A stretch of 64,000 nucleotides of DNA from Gimesia sp. (GCF_048262075.1 NZ_JBLXFK010000011.1:55920-119919); one strand, 5' to 3'; positions 28,467-40,698 are shown, counted from the stretch's first letter. Notes: generated by a model not told the origin, from the sequence alone. Translations and numbers: made by a program.

Positions 28467-30797
28467 ATGTTAAACGGCTCAAGGAAATCAATCAGAATTC
28501 TCTGTCTGGCATTACTGGCCATCTACTGCGTCGCAGGCGATGGGCTGCGGGTTTACTCAGACGAAAAAGTGAAGCTGGGAGATTCTTACGGCTTTAAACC
28601 ACTGGAACTTTTCAAGCTCTCCGACCGGTCATCCAATATGCTGGCCCACGATCTGAATGGGGATGGGCTGAATGATCTGATTCTGATTGATAACAGCAAC
28701 AGCCGCATTGATGTGCTGCAGCAACGCGCGCCTGGAGAAGAAGTCGCCGCGGATGAAATCTCAGACGAGGTGAATGGGATTCCCAATGATGCACGTTTAA
28801 AACACATCAAAATCCCCGTGGATGTCTCAATCTCTGCCCTGACAGTAGGAGATTTTAATGGTGACGGACTCAATGATCTGGCTTACCTGGCACTGCCGGA
28901 CCGGCTGATTATTCGTTATCAGACGAAAGCCGGAGAATGGTCTGATCGCAAACGGATCCGACTGGCCGATCTGCAGGCGACCCAATGGACGATTGCCGCC
29001 GGTGATCTCAATTTCGATCAGAAAACCGATTTGATCGTGCTGGGGACGAATCATACCTATGTCATCCTGCAGGATGACAAAGGGAATTTGAAAACGCCAC
29101 GCCCGATCCTGAATACCTCACCCAAACTCGGCCTTGCTGCCATCGCTGATCTGAATGGGGATGGGCGAAATGATTTTACCTATGCCACTCGCGATGGCAA
29201 AGATCAGATGCTTTGTGCACGGCTGCAGAAACCGGACGGAAATCTCGGCCCGGAAATCCGATTTGAACTTTCTAATCCCCGTTCCATCACCCTGGCTGAT
29301 ATCGATGGTCAGGCAGGTTCGGAAATACTCACCATCGATTCCCAGACCGGGAGAATGAGAATTCAACAGCTCGAAAATTCGTCGACTCAGAATGGGGATC
29401 TTTCGAAACGACTCACCATGTATGGTTTCGGCGAAGAAGGGTCCGGACGAAATCGTGGTTTTGATCTGGGAGATATTAACGGCGATGGAATCACCGACGT
29501 TGTTGTTTCCGATCCGGAAACCGCACAGATGCTGGTCTATCTGCAGGCGAAAGACAGGGGCCTGGATCTGGGGCAGACCTATCCCGGTCTGCAGGGGGTA
29601 GAACAGTTACGTATTGAAGATATCAACGGCGATGGACGAGCAGAAGTGTTTGTTCTCAGCGAACGGGAAAAGATTATCGGCGTCAGTTCATTTGAAAATC
29701 AGCGTCTCTCCTTCCCCAAAATTCTGCCGGTGAAGGGGGAGCCTGTTGCCTTTGAAATGGCGGACCTGGATGGCAATCGATCACCCGAATTGATCTATGT
29801 CTCCAAGGTTAATTCCAATCAATATAAACTACAGGCATTAAAACTAAATCCGGATGGTTCCTGGGCCGAGTATCATTTCCCCAGTAATCCACCTAACCTG
29901 GAAGCCCCTAAGTCATTAGTCAAACTCGATGCCAATGGCGATGGGATTTTTGAACTGATGGCGTTTTACGGGCTCTCCCGTTCTCCCAAAATGATCACCC
30001 TGACTCCGAAGCAGTCTCCTCAACTGATTACGCCTTCCGGGGGAATCAACCTGGATGAGATTAAACCGGAATCCATTTTTATCGGCGGCCCGAAACGGGA
30101 TTGGATACTAACGGCCCAGAACAATTTTGCCCGCAGGCTGGTTTTGAATTCCGATAATCAGTGGCAGGTGCTCGATCAGTTCAATGCGCCTGAAAGTAAG
30201 GCCCGCGTAGTGGGGGCCGTGAATATTAACCTGGATGGTGAACCAGGGGATGAAATCGTGTTGATTGATCTGGGCGTGCAGAAACTGCGAATCCTGCGAA
30301 AAGAAGCCAACGTGTATCGCCCCTGGAAGGAAGTGGAGATCGGCGAATTTCCTTTCCTGTCCGCACATGTCGCTGACCTGAATGGGGATCAATTGTCTGA
30401 TCTGGTTTTATTTGGTCGCGGTCAGTTCGGGATCCTTTACTCAGGCCAGACGCCTCCTACTTTGAAAGACGTGGCCTCCTACGAATCCAAAATTCCGCAA
30501 GCTTATTTTACCGACTCCGTCGCCGGCGATCTGAACGGCGATGGTCAGTCGGATGTTGTCATCCTGGACTTGCGCACGCATCATGTGGAAATCCTGAATT
30601 TCCAGCAAGAGGAAGGCTTAAAGCATGCATTGAACTTTAAAGTGTTCGAAGAGAAAACTTTTTCACGTTCGAACCGGGCAGGCGTCGATCCACGGGAAGC
30701 CGTCATTGCCGACCTGACAGGTGACAAACGGAAAGATCTGATTCTGTTATGTCATGATCGCGTGCTGCTCTACCCTCAGGATGATGGTGAGAAGTAA
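28467..30797 (+). CDS. Secreted FG-GAP/VCBS repeat (beta-propeller) protein
   Basis: Many D-[LIF]-N-G-D-G repeats; signal peptide. Confidence 0.85.
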   Translation: MLNGSRKSIRILCLALLAIYCVAGDGLRVYSDEKVKLGDSYGFKPLELFKLSDRSSNMLAHDLNGDGLNDLILIDNSNSRIDVLQQRAPGEEVAADEISDEVNGIPNDARLKHIKIPVDVSISALTVGDFNGDGLNDLAYLALPDRLIIRYQTKAGEWSDRKRIRLADLQATQWTIAAGDLNFDQKTDLIVLGTNHTYVILQDDKGNLKTPRPILNTSPKLGLAAIADLNGDGRNDFTYATRDGKDQMLCARLQKPDGNLGPEIRFELSNPRSITLADIDGQAGSEILTIDSQTGRMRIQQLENSSTQNGDLSKRLTMYGFGEEGSGRNRGFDLGDINGDGITDVVVSDPETAQMLVYLQAKDRGLDLGQTYPGLQGVEQLRIEDINGDGRAEVFVLSEREKIIGVSSFENQRLSFPKILPVKGEPVAFEMADLDGNRSPELIYVSKVNSNQYKLQALKLNPDGSWAEYHFPSNPPNLEAPKSLVKLDANGDGIFELMAFYGLSRSPKMITLTPKQSPQLITPSGGINLDEIKPESIFIGGPKRDWILTAQNNFARRLVLNSDNQWQVLDQFNAPESKARVVGAVNINLDGEPGDEIVLIDLGVQKLRILRKEANVYRPWKEVEIGEFPFLSAHVADLNGDQLSDLVLFGRGQFGILYSGQTPPTLKDVASYESKIPQAYFTDSVAGDLNGDGQSDVVILDLRTHHVEILNFQQEEGLKHALNFKVFEEKTFSRSNRAGVDPREAVIADLTGDKRKDLILLCHDRVLLYPQDDGEK

Positions 30798-30808
30798 TCG
30801 CACATTGA

Positions 30809-31828
30809 TCAGAGTTCGGATGTCCCATGCATGGCATATTTGCGAGAGAGAGTATCCAGCCCCCAGATTAAAATGATGGCGACAATCATCAATCCGATCG
30901 AAGTCCAGAACGTGCCGTCAAATGCTGTGGGCCAGACATTTTCATAGATCCGATGTTTGAATGGTACCATTTCGGGAGTCTGATCGGCGGTGTAGGGGGT
31001 GATATCTACTTTGAACGGCCAGATGCGTCTGAGCGATCCCACCATCAGGCCACACAAGACTGCCATCGTCAGAGTATGATAATTGTGTAGCAGCCAGCGT
31101 AATACTTTGCTGAACAGAATCAGGCCAATCAGGCAGCCCATGACAAACACGAACACGGTCACGAGGCCACTCCAGTCAATGTTTCCCTTGAGCAGTTCTT
31201 TCGGGATCGTTTTGAGCAGTCCCGTCACATCGTGATATTTTCCCAACAGGATCAGAATCAGGGCACCGCTGATGCCAGGCAGGATCATCGCACAGATGGC
31301 AATCATCCCACAGAAAAAGACGTACAGGTTCCCCTCGGGAGGCTGAATTGAATGTTCGCCGACCAGAATATAGACGCCAGCCAGTGAAACCAGAAATGCC
31401 AGCACATTTAAGACGGTCCAGCGGTTGACCATCTGCGCGACCAGGTAACTCGAAGCCAGAATTAAGCCGAAGAAAACAGAGAGTGTCAGCTGCAGGTGGT
31501 AATCGAGCAGATAATGCATCAGACTGGCCAGGCTCACTACACCCGTCAATATTCCGACACCCAGAGGGAGAATAAACCGCAGATCCAGATGCGCTGTGAC
31601 TTCAGACCATTGTCGCTTTGCCAGTAACTGAAACAGCCGGGTGTCACAGTGGCTGATGGCGGTGACCAGACGCTGATAGATCCCCAGAATCAGAGCAACG
31701 GTGCCTCCTGAGACTCCGGGGATAATGTCGGCCCCCCCCATTAATAACCCGCGGCCGACCTGGATCAGATCGGCTTTAGCGGGAAATCCGGGGGCAGTAT
31801 TTGCTACAGGCTGTTCGGAATCTGACAT
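30809..31828 (-). CDS. DUF368 family membrane protein (putative undecaprenyl-phosphate translocase)
   Basis: MGGADIIPGVSGGTVALILGIYQRL and repeat AMILPGISGA; start trimmed to MSDSEQ. Confidence 0.88.
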   Translation of the reverse strand: MSDSEQPVANTAPGFPAKADLIQVGRGLLMGGADIIPGVSGGTVALILGIYQRLVTAISHCDTRLFQLLAKRQWSEVTAHLDLRFILPLGVGILTGVVSLASLMHYLLDYHLQLTLSVFFGLILASSYLVAQMVNRWTVLNVLAFLVSLAGVYILVGEHSIQPPEGNLYVFFCGMIAICAMILPGISGALILILLGKYHDVTGLLKTIPKELLKGNIDWSGLVTVFVFVMGCLIGLILFSKVLRWLLHNYHTLTMAVLCGLMVGSLRRIWPFKVDITPYTADQTPEMVPFKHRIYENVWPTAFDGTFWTSIGLMIVAIILIWGLDTLSRKYAMHGTSEL

Positions 31829-32001
31829 CAATAGACCTTGATATAATGAACAAAAGAGCTGTCGCAGCAATTATTTCTACGCCAGCAATTGAACAGGGCA
31901 TACGGGATCAGGTATCTTTCATTGAGACGAGAGTGTAGTGTAGTCAGACAATTGTGAAAAGTGTTGATTTCTGGAACTCCAGCAGCAAAGTGAAGTGAAC
32001 T

Positions 32002-32436
32002 ATGAAAGGCCCCGGTTTAAAGCTGGATCTTGATGTCAGACGGCACTGGAAATGCCCCCAGACCGGGCAGACGATCCGCTTAAGCGGAGACGTCACTGCG
32101 AAATCGGTGGAAGTGGGTGGGAAAACCGTCTTTATGCAACTGGTGGAAGAGAAACGCAGCCAGTATCGAGACCCGTTTCATTTCGAATACTATCAACCGC
32201 CGGCACAAGATCAGTCTTCTTCCGAACGCGCCGCTGCTGCTGCCCGTTCCCTGGATGAACCGGAGACTGCCCCCGTTGATACACCGGTTGACAATGTTTC
32301 CGATCACTCTATAAATGAAGTGACCTCAACTACTCCCGCTGAGGCGCCACAAGCTGCTCCCCCGCCTCCCTCGGAATCAGAGCCCCCGAAGCCGTCCGAA
32401 GAAGAGGAAGACACATTCGGTGGCGGGTTACTGTAA
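32002..32436 (+). CDS. Hypothetical protein with Pro/acidic disordered tail
   Basis: 144 aa ORF upstream of uvrA; compact N-terminus, low-complexity tail ending DTFGGGLL. Confidence 0.7.
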   Translation: MKGPGLKLDLDVRRHWKCPQTGQTIRLSGDVTAKSVEVGGKTVFMQLVEEKRSQYRDPFHFEYYQPPAQDQSSSERAAAAARSLDEPETAPVDTPVDNVSDHSINEVTSTTPAEAPQAAPPPPSESEPPKPSEEEEDTFGGGLL

Positions 32437-32523
32437 ACCTGTTTTGAATGCTCTGCGTTCGATTTGATCTATTTCCACCAGCGATTTTCAGCGCGGCGTC
32501 AGCCGTTTGGTATACCGCGGCCC

Positions 32524-35500
32524 ATGTCACAAAAAGATATCATTATTACCGGTGCTCGAGAGCACAATCTGCAGAACGTCAGTGTTCGACTTCCCCGAAA
32601 TCAGCTGATCGTCATGACCGGCGTGAGTGGCTCCGGAAAAAGTTCACTCGCCTTCGATACCCTGTATGCAGAAGGTCAGCGTCGCTACGTCGAATCACTG
32701 TCCAGTTACGCACGCCAGTTTCTCGGGCAGATGCCGAAACCCGAAGTCGATGCGATTTCCGGCCTCGCACCTTCGATTTCCATTCAGCAGAAAATGAGTG
32801 GCCGCAACCCCCGCAGTACCGTGGGGACGATCACAGAAATTTACGATTACCTCCGCGTCCTGTTTGCCCGGGTAGGACAGGGTTTCTGCGAAAATTGTGG
32901 AAAACCGATCAGCTCGCAAAGCAGCGAACGTATTATCGATTCGATCACGCTGCTCCCGGAAAAGACCCGATATTCCATTCTCGCGCCGTTGATTCAGCAG
33001 CAGAAGGGAGAGTACAAAGACCTGTTTGAAGATCTGCTCAAACAGGGCTTTCTCCGGGCTCGCGTGGATGGTCGCATTATTCAACTGTCCGATCAACTGC
33101 AGCTCGACCGCCAGATGCGTCACACCATCGAAGTCGTGATTGACCGTCTCGTCGCCGGCAAAGTCAGTCGGGCCCGCCTGGCAGAGTCCGTGGAACTCGC
33201 CTTGAAACTGGCGAACGGCACACTGATTATCGCCACAGAAGTCTCAAAGAAAACAGAGAGCAGCGACAGCGAAGAAAGCCTGCAGGACAAACTCTATAGT
33301 TCCCGCTATGCCTGTACTGATTGCGGCATCAGTTACGAACCACCCACGCCGCAGTTGTTCAGCTTTAACAGTCCCCTGGGGATGTGCGGTGAATGTAACG
33401 GGCTGGGAATGCGGTACGATTTTCCACTCGATGCATTGATTTCCAAAGAGACCGTGTCGATTCAAAAAGGGGCCTTTGAACTGCTGGGGCCGCTCAGCAA
33501 AGTCGGTAAGTGGCGACGTCACATTTATAATGGCGTCGCACGTTCGATTGAAAACGATCTGAATCTTGACGAAGACAGCTTCCTGAAAACTCCCTGGAAT
33601 GAATTGCCTGCCGCCGCACAACAACAGTTTCTGTACGGGACCGGCGATCGCAATATCACCTTCAGCTGGCGGCATTCGGGGGGCATCTGGAAACATGGGG
33701 GCACCTGGGATGGCTATGTCGAAGAACTGCTGGAAAGTTACCGCAAAACCAGTAATCCCATGCGGCGGAAACAGCTCGAAAAATACATGGACTTTGTTGA
33801 ATGCTCGAGCTGTCACGGCACGCGTCTGAATTCGCAGGCCCGGCATGTGCGCATTACCTCTCTCAGTGAGTCGCACACCAGCAAACAGTCACACACTTCA
33901 AAAACTCTACCCGAGGTCTGTGCCTTCAGTATCGAAGAAGCCGCCGGTTTCTTTGAAACTTTGGATCTGGATGAAACCGGTTTACTGATCGCCGACGAAG
34001 TCCTCAAAGAGATTCGCGGCCGACTCGGATTTCTACTGCGTTGCGGCTTGAATTATCTGACGCTGGATCGCACCGCGCCTACACTTTCCGGCGGTGAAAG
34101 TCAGCGAATTCGCCTCGCCGGGCAGATTGGCTGTGGCCTGGTGGGGGTCGTCTATATTCTGGATGAACCTTCGATTGGCCTGCATCCCCGCGACAATACG
34201 ATGCTGCTGGAAAGTCTCTGCGACTTGCGCGATCAGGGCAATACGGTCATCGTCGTCGAACACGATGAAGAAACCATGCGCGCCGCCGATCACATTGTAG
34301 ACTTCGGACCCGGCCCAGGTGTGCGTGGCGGTTACATCGTTGCAGAAGGCTCGTATCAGAAAGTTCTTAAGGCGAAGGAGAGCGTCACCGGGCAGTTCCT
34401 TTCCGGTAAAGAGAAAATCGAGATCCCCGAGCAGCGCCGGACACTCGTCAAAAAAGATTCGATTGTCATCAAAGGGGCGAAGCATCATAACCTGAAAGAC
34501 ATCACCGCCCGCATTCCCACCAAAGGGCTGATCTGTGTGACCGGCGTGAGCGGGTCGGGAAAAAGTTCTCTCATCAACGATATTCTCTGGCCGGTCCTGA
34601 ATAAAAACGTGAATCGCGGCAAAGGGAATCCCGGTGCGCATCGGAGTGTGACCGGCCTGGATCTGATCGACAAAGCCATCGACATCGATCAGTCCCCCAT
34701 CGGCCGCACGCCCCGTTCCAATCCGGCGACTTACGTGAAGGTATTCGATCTGATTCGGGACCTGTATGCCAAACTCCCCGATTCCCGCATGCGAGGCTAT
34801 AAAGCGGGACGTTTCAGCTTCAATGTGCCCGGCGGTCGCTGTGAAGCCTGCGAAGGGCACGGCGCCAATAAACTGGAAATGGATTTTCTCGCGGATGTCT
34901 GGGTTCCCTGTCCGGTGTGCGAAGGCCGCCGCTTTCATCATGAGACACTCGAGATTCGCTATAAAGACGCGAACATCGCTGAAGTACTCGAGATGGATAT
35001 TCAGCAGGCGATTGAACATTTTCAGAATGTACCCAAAATCTTAAAGCTGCTCGAATCCCTGCATGACGTGGGCCTGGACTATCTGAAACTCGGGCAACCC
35101 TCGCCGACCCTCTCCGGCGGGGAAGCACAGCGAGTCAAACTCGCCCGTGAACTCGGGAAACGTTCCACAGGCAGTACCTTTTATCTGCTGGATGAACCAA
35201 CGACCGGATTGCATTTTGCCGATGTGAAACTGCTGCTCAAAGTGCTGCATCATCTGGCGGATGCCGGCAATACGGTGCTCGTGGTCGAACATCACCTGGA
35301 TGTCATTAAAACCGCCGACTGGGTGATCGACCTCGGTCCCGAAGGAGGCGAAGGGGGAGGCACGATTCTGGTAGAAGGCACGCCGGAAGAAGTCGCCGCC
35401 TGTCCCTGGTCGTACACGGGGCTGGCACTCAAAGAACAGACTGATCTGGTTCCCGCGAAAACCGTCAAAGGGAAAAAGAAACAGGCACTGATCCTGAATA

Positions 35501-38500
35501 ATCCGCATCTGCGCTGGCAGTCTGCCAATACGAAACGGAGCGGGAAATCCAACGGCGACAGTACACAGATCACGATCCGCGGCGCAGGCCAGCATAATCT
35601 GCAGAACCTGGACCTGCAGATTACCCGGGATCAGATGAATGTCTTCTGTGGCCCGAGTGGCAGTGGTAAATCGTCTTTGGCCATGGATACACTCTACGCG
35701 GAAGGTCAGCGTCGCTATGTGGAATCATTGTCCGCGTATGCCCGGCAATTCCTGGGACAGATGCCTAAACCGAAATTCGAGCACATTCACGGCCTCTCGC
35801 CGGCGATTGCCATCGAACAGAAAACAACCGGGCATTCCCCCCGTTCCACTGTGGGGACTGTTACGGAAATCTATGACTACCTGCGCGTGCTCTATGCCCG
35901 CCTGGGAAAAATGTATTGCCCCGACTGTGACGTTCCTGTCGAAACGCAGACCACCGACGAAGTGATTGAACGCATTCTCGCGATGGAAGCAGGCACCAAA
36001 CTGCTGATTCTGGCGCCCGTGGATATCAACGTGGGACAGGCTTACGATACGCTCTGGGAAAAATTACGTACACAAGGCTTCCTCCGCGTCCGTATTGATG
36101 GCGTGACATATCGCCTGGAAGACGTACCCGATATCGATCGTCGTCGTCGTCATGAAGTGGAAGTGGTAATCGACCGTATCACCGTCGCTGCTAAAAATCG
36201 TTCGCGCATTGCCGATTCGGTTGAATCCGCTTTAGCGCTCGGCGAAGGTCTGATGTATGCCTGCTACTGCGACGACGAAGTTCCCGAACAGGAATGGGAT
36301 TTCGAAACCTTCAGCCTGTTCTACTTCTGTGATCAGTGTGGCCAGAGCTTTGAAGAGCTGACGCCTCACAATTATTCCTTTAACAGTCCCCTGGGCTGGT
36401 GTGAATTTTGTGAAGGGTTGGGAACCGAACTGGGCACGAACCTCTCAGAACTGATTCCTGACCCCAACCGCAGTCTGCAGGACGCCGCCATCGCCGCCTG
36501 GCCTGATCCGCGGAGCAATCCCGAATTCAAGAAAACGTTAGCCGCGATAGCGAAGCAATTCCGGATTCCACTGGATGTCCCCTTCAATCAACTCAGTGTG
36601 AAGCAGCAGCGGTTTATCTTGTATGGCGATGAAGATCGTTGGATTCCACTCGATGAAGCGGGCACGATCCAGTTTCAATACAAAGGTCTCTATCCGGCCA
36701 TTGAAGAGGCCTCGCGACTGTCGTTTGGGTTTCGCAGTCGTCTGCAGGAAATGACGGGGGAAGTCCCCTGTTCGGTCTGTAACGGGAGTCGCCTGCGAAC
36801 GGATGCCGCCGCGGTCCGTTTTCAGGGGAAGACCGTTGGTCAGTTCTGTGATCTCCCATTAAAAGCTGCGCTGGCGTTCATCAAGACCGCAAAACTCGAC
36901 AAGCGGGAAAAACAGATCGCGGGAGATTTGATCAAAGAAGCCACCAGCCGCCTGCAGTTTCTCGTTGATGTTGGTCTGGAATACCTGACGTTGAGCCGTC
37001 CTCTGCCCACACTGTCGGGGGGGGAAAGCCAGCGAATTCGACTGGCGGGACAGGTAGGTCGCTCGCTGACAGGCGTGTTGTATGTTTTGGATGAACCAAC
37101 GATTGGCCTGCATCCCCGCGACAATACACGGTTGATTAATACTCTGAAAAAACTCCGTGATATCGGCAATACAATCGTGATGGTCGAACATGACCGGGAA
37201 GTTCTGGAAGCTTCGGATTGCCTGTATGATTTTGGGCCGGGTGCGGGTCGCTTTGGTGGCACGATTGTGGGTAAAGGTTCGCCGAAACAATTGAAACGCA
37301 AAAAGAAATTTCTGACCGGCCAGTATCTCTCGGATCAACTGACGATCCCGCTGCCTCAGGAACGCCGCGTCGTTTATAAAAAACAGGGCAAGGCGGAAAC
37401 TCCCGTTTCTCCCACCGGTCACTGGCTCGAATTGAAAGGCGCCCGGCAGCACAATCTGAAGTCTGTGGATCTGAAAATCCCCCTGGGGTCCTTTACCTGT
37501 ATCACCGGCGTTTCGGGATCCGGTAAGAGTTCCCTGGTGGAAGAAACACTAGCCCGGGCAGTGACGAAAAAACTGCATCGATCCAAAGAGGCACCCGGAC
37601 CGCATGATGCCCTGCTGGGCCTTGACCAGATTAATAAGGCGATTATCGTCGATCAGAAACCGTTGGGAAATACGCCCGCTTCCAACCCGGCGACTTATAC
37701 AGGCGTTTTCGATCAGATACGCGAACTGTTCTCGCGGCTTCCGGATGCCAAAGTGCGTGGCTATCAGCCGGGACGCTTCAGCTTCAATCGTTCAGGCGGT
37801 CGTTGTGAAGACTGTGATGGGAATGGTCAGCGCTGTATCGAAATGCACTTCCTGCCTGATGTCTGGGTAACCTGCGAGACCTGTAATGGCAAGCGTTATA
37901 ACCAGGAGACACTCTCGGTCAAGTACAAAGGAAAGTCCATCGCGGATGTGTTGGAGATGTCCATCGGAGATGTCGCCGAGTTATTCAATAATATCCCGGC
38001 GATCCGACGTACGATGGAAACGCTGTGTGCGATTGGCCTGGATTACCTGACATTGGGACAATCCGCGCCGACACTCTCCGGCGGGGAGTCGCAGCGGGTG
38101 AAGCTGGCAGCCGAACTGGCGCGACCCAGTACGGGGAAGACGCTTTACCTGCTCGACGAACCGACAACGGGCCTGCATTTCGACGATATTGCCAAACTGT
38201 TGAAAGTATTGAACAGTTTGGTCGAACTCGGAAATACGGTCATTGTCATCGAACATAATCTGGATGTGATTAAAACAGCAGACTGGCTGGTCGACGTCGG
38301 GCCGGAAGCGGGCAGTGCTGGCGGGCAGATCATTGCCTCGGGGACGCCTGAGAAACTGGTCGCGCATGCAGAGTGTTACCAGAAACAGGGCAAGACCACC
38401 AAAGCACGAAAAACCAGTCAGGAACCGTTGCTCAGATCTTATACCGGTGAGATTCTTCAGCCGATCATCTCGACGGGGAAACGTGTCGAACGAGAAATCT

Positions 38501-39483
38501 TTGACGCGCAGAGCCTGGGGGAAAAGCAGGAGGGGGATCTCGATCTCAAACAGATCGGTCGCGATGCCCAGATGCCGTGGCAGAAAGAGGGACGCCGCTG
38601 GCATACCCAGGACCATGTTTCCCTGTCAGGAGCTGCCTGTCAGTGGGAAGGAGCCGCCCTGGAAAGCGTGATTGACTTCATCGAAAACAAAGAGGGCTTC
38701 GGCGAAATCAACTGGAATCATCGCAGCATCGTCGAAGTCAATGGCCCGGTGAAAAAGCAGGGCTGGTTCCTGCATGCCAATACCGGCGATGAATGGCTAC
38801 TGCGACTCAGCTTCCGCGTGAAACGGAATACGTTCAAACAGGATGAACTCCGCGACCAGTTGTCTTTAAAATCCCTTGACGATCTGGATGAGCTGCCGAT
38901 CTACGGTCGTTCCAATCGGGTGCGCGTCAAAAACCTGAAAGGTCCCTGGCAGGAAGTCAGTTTGACGATTCACTGGCAGGAAGAAATTGAGACGCCCGGC
39001 TTCCAGGAGTTTCTGGAAACCGCCTGTGAATCGTACCTCGGTTTAATTCACCGTGATGAAATTAAGCCCGAGGAGATCATGCCCTGGAAAGTTTTAAAGA
39101 AAAAATGGCATCTCTCCCGGAAGGGGTTCCCGAACAATAAGCGGGTCCGCTGGGATGTGGATCTATTAGAATCATTATTTGACCTGCTGGAGCAGACCTA
39201 TCCTGCTGCATCGTTCCAATGGGACAGTAAGTCACTGGTCAATCTGTCGCACCCCGGGAAAAAGAAAGCATTCATTACCGTTCACACCAAAAGACGGGAA
39301 GGGGTAGACCTGACGTTGCAGGGGACGGGGGGGGAAATTGCTCTGGGTAAAATTGCTGACTTGGGGAACGAGCGGGAGATGAAAACGGATGCACGTGGGA
39401 AAGAACAGGCCCGCATCCGTTTCACGCAGAAAAAACAGGTGGAGTCAAAATCGTTCAAAGCACTGCTGAAATCAATTACTTAA
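32524..39483 (+). CDS. uvrA: Excinuclease ABC subunit A, tandem double UvrA with C-terminal extension
   Basis: Four Walker A motifs (G[VP]SGSGKSS), four LSGGE[SA]QR signatures, Zn fingers; ATG 32524 ([16 protein letters not shown]). Confidence 0.95.
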   Translation: MSQKDIIITGAREHNLQNVSVRLPRNQLIVMTGVSGSGKSSLAFDTLYAEGQRRYVESLSSYARQFLGQMPKPEVDAISGLAPSISIQQKMSGRNPRSTVGTITEIYDYLRVLFARVGQGFCENCGKPISSQSSERIIDSITLLPEKTRYSILAPLIQQQKGEYKDLFEDLLKQGFLRARVDGRIIQLSDQLQLDRQMRHTIEVVIDRLVAGKVSRARLAESVELALKLANGTLIIATEVSKKTESSDSEESLQDKLYSSRYACTDCGISYEPPTPQLFSFNSPLGMCGECNGLGMRYDFPLDALISKETVSIQKGAFELLGPLSKVGKWRRHIYNGVARSIENDLNLDEDSFLKTPWNELPAAAQQQFLYGTGDRNITFSWRHSGGIWKHGGTWDGYVEELLESYRKTSNPMRRKQLEKYMDFVECSSCHGTRLNSQARHVRITSLSESHTSKQSHTSKTLPEVCAFSIEEAAGFFETLDLDETGLLIADEVLKEIRGRLGFLLRCGLNYLTLDRTAPTLSGGESQRIRLAGQIGCGLVGVVYILDEPSIGLHPRDNTMLLESLCDLRDQGNTVIVVEHDEETMRAADHIVDFGPGPGVRGGYIVAEGSYQKVLKAKESVTGQFLSGKEKIEIPEQRRTLVKKDSIVIKGAKHHNLKDITARIPTKGLICVTGVSGSGKSSLINDILWPVLNKNVNRGKGNPGAHRSVTGLDLIDKAIDIDQSPIGRTPRSNPATYVKVFDLIRDLYAKLPDSRMRGYKAGRFSFNVPGGRCEACEGHGANKLEMDFLADVWVPCPVCEGRRFHHETLEIRYKDANIAEVLEMDIQQAIEHFQNVPKILKLLESLHDVGLDYLKLGQPSPTLSGGEAQRVKLARELGKRSTGSTFYLLDEPTTGLHFADVKLLLKVLHHLADAGNTVLVVEHHLDVIKTADWVIDLGPEGGEGGGTILVEGTPEEVAACPWSYTGLALKEQTDLVPAKTVKGKKKQALILNNPHLRWQSANTKRSGKSNGDSTQITIRGAGQHNLQNLDLQITRDQMNVFCGPSGSGKSSLAMDTLYAEGQRRYVESLSAYARQFLGQMPKPKFEHIHGLSPAIAIEQKTTGHSPRSTVGTVTEIYDYLRVLYARLGKMYCPDCDVPVETQTTDEVIERILAMEAGTKLLILAPVDINVGQAYDTLWEKLRTQGFLRVRIDGVTYRLEDVPDIDRRRRHEVEVVIDRITVAAKNRSRIADSVESALALGEGLMYACYCDDEVPEQEWDFETFSLFYFCDQCGQSFEELTPHNYSFNSPLGWCEFCEGLGTELGTNLSELIPDPNRSLQDAAIAAWPDPRSNPEFKKTLAAIAKQFRIPLDVPFNQLSVKQQRFILYGDEDRWIPLDEAGTIQFQYKGLYPAIEEASRLSFGFRSRLQEMTGEVPCSVCNGSRLRTDAAAVRFQGKTVGQFCDLPLKAALAFIKTAKLDKREKQIAGDLIKEATSRLQFLVDVGLEYLTLSRPLPTLSGGESQRIRLAGQVGRSLTGVLYVLDEPTIGLHPRDNTRLINTLKKLRDIGNTIVMVEHDREVLEASDCLYDFGPGAGRFGGTIVGKGSPKQLKRKKKFLTGQYLSDQLTIPLPQERRVVYKKQGKAETPVSPTGHWLELKGARQHNLKSVDLKIPLGSFTCITGVSGSGKSSLVEETLARAVTKKLHRSKEAPGPHDALLGLDQINKAIIVDQKPLGNTPASNPATYTGVFDQIRELFSRLPDAKVRGYQPGRFSFNRSGGRCEDCDGNGQRCIEMHFLPDVWVTCETCNGKRYNQETLSVKYKGKSIADVLEMSIGDVAELFNNIPAIRRTMETLCAIGLDYLTLGQSAPTLSGGESQRVKLAAELARPSTGKTLYLLDEPTTGLHFDDIAKLLKVLNSLVELGNTVIVIEHNLDVIKTADWLVDVGPEAGSAGGQIIASGTPEKLVAHAECYQKQGKTTKARKTSQEPLLRSYTGEILQPIISTGKRVEREIFDAQSLGEKQEGDLDLKQIGRDAQMPWQKEGRRWHTQDHVSLSGAACQWEGAALESVIDFIENKEGFGEINWNHRSIVEVNGPVKKQGWFLHANTGDEWLLRLSFRVKRNTFKQDELRDQLSLKSLDDLDELPIYGRSNRVRVKNLKGPWQEVSLTIHWQEEIETPGFQEFLETACESYLGLIHRDEIKPEEIMPWKVLKKKWHLSRKGFPNNKRVRWDVDLLESLFDLLEQTYPAASFQWDSKSLVNLSHPGKKKAFITVHTKRREGVDLTLQGTGGEIALGKIADLGNEREMKTDARGKEQARIRFTQKKQVESKSFKALLKSIT

Positions 39484-39559
39484 GTGTCGATTGCACAGCA
39501 TTCTGAATGCGGAATATCCCTGATTGATGGCGGTAAATGACATCACGGGGGAAAAGATG

Positions 39560-39588
39560 TTGACGTTTTTTCAACGAACAGATAGGAT
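39560..39588 (+). promoter_or_regulatory. Sigma70-like promoter upstream of ispE-spoVG
   Basis: TTGACG-17 nt-TAGGAT. Confidence 0.55.
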
Positions 39589-39745
39589 ACTCCCTGTGGT
39601 AATAGTCTTGGTATTACCACGTCGTATACAAGTCGAATCTTAATCAGGTCAAGCTGCTCTACTCTCTCACAACTCAAAAGGTGGGGACCTGTTCAATAAA
39701 CGATGAAAGACTCGTTTTTAAGTAGGAAATTTGGAATTGTGACGG

Positions 39746-40660
39746 ATGCTATTCGCTTACTCCAATCCTGGCGCCCTGACAGTTCATGCTCCTGCTAAGT
39801 TAAATTTATTCTTAAGCATCGATGATAAACGAACCGATGGCTTTCACGAAATTACTTCGTTGATGCTTTCGGTAGGAATATACGACACTTTAGTTTTCAC
39901 GGAGGAGCCTTCAACCGAAGTTGAATTGCGTGTTGCCGAAGCCAATTCACTACTAACCCCTCGCAATAAACGGCAGCGTATCCCCGGCGGCGAAGAGAAT
40001 CTGGTTGTCAGAGCAATCCGGTTAATTCAAGAACAGACGGGGCATCGTCAGGGAATTCGAATTGAGTTAATCAAACGAATTCCAGCAGAAGCCGGCCTGG
40101 GAGGGGGATCGAGTGATGCAGCTGCAGCCTTATTTGCTGCCAATAAACTTTGGCGTTTGGGATTGTCGATTTCAGAACTATGTGAAATCGCGGCGAAACT
40201 GGGCAGTGATATCCCTTTCTTTCTGACAGCCAGCCATAGTGCCATCTGTCGTGGGAGAGGCGAAATCATTGAACCTGTTTCCGTTCCCCAATGTCTGCAT
40301 TTTGTGGTTGTGCGACCTCAATCGGGGTTATCAACGGCAGAAGTTTATCGGCACTGTCGAGTGGGAAGCCACTCTAAAAATCAGGCGGAGCAACTTGTCA
40401 GCAAACTGGCTTCTGGTCAATTTCATGCATTATCCAGCCTGATGCTGAATGATCTGCAGGCACCCGCCGAAAAACTGAATTCCGATATATTAATATTAAA
40501 AGATTACTTCTCAAAACAGTCCGTTTTGGGGCATATGATGAGTGGAAGTGGGACTGCCTACTTTGGAGTCTGCCAAAACAGAGCACAGGCATCTCAAATT
40601 GCTGCGCGATTACGATCCACAGTGAAAGGGCATGTATTTGTCGTCCAGAACCGCCTATAG
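39746..40660 (+). CDS. ispE: 4-diphosphocytidyl-2-C-methyl-D-erythritol kinase
   Basis: APAKLNLFL, KRIPAEAGLGGGSSDAAA, LGSDIPFF, MSGSGT. Confidence 0.95.
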   Translation: MLFAYSNPGALTVHAPAKLNLFLSIDDKRTDGFHEITSLMLSVGIYDTLVFTEEPSTEVELRVAEANSLLTPRNKRQRIPGGEENLVVRAIRLIQEQTGHRQGIRIELIKRIPAEAGLGGGSSDAAAALFAANKLWRLGLSISELCEIAAKLGSDIPFFLTASHSAICRGRGEIIEPVSVPQCLHFVVVRPQSGLSTAEVYRHCRVGSHSKNQAEQLVSKLASGQFHALSSLMLNDLQAPAEKLNSDILILKDYFSKQSVLGHMMSGSGTAYFGVCQNRAQASQIAARLRSTVKGHVFVVQNRL

Positions 40661-40698
40661 ATGAGCAATTTTAAATTTGGCACAAATGGAGTGAGGCC

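Noticed and set aside
28467-30797. Recurrent GATCTGAATGGGGATGG-like DNA repeats as CRISPR or tandem repeats
   Set aside because: They are in-frame codons for DLNGDG FG-GAP motifs with irregular spacing. No CRISPR array or cas gene was seen anywhere in the window.
32524-38460. Double uvrA as an assembly duplication artefact
   Set aside because: The two halves are clearly diverged in DNA and protein sequence, are in frame, and are joined by a unique linker.
33244-38616. Long antisense ORFs (up to 328 aa) inside uvrA
   Set aside because: Typical reverse-frame shadows of a conserved GC-rich gene; the same applies to the other short overlapping ORFs in the track.
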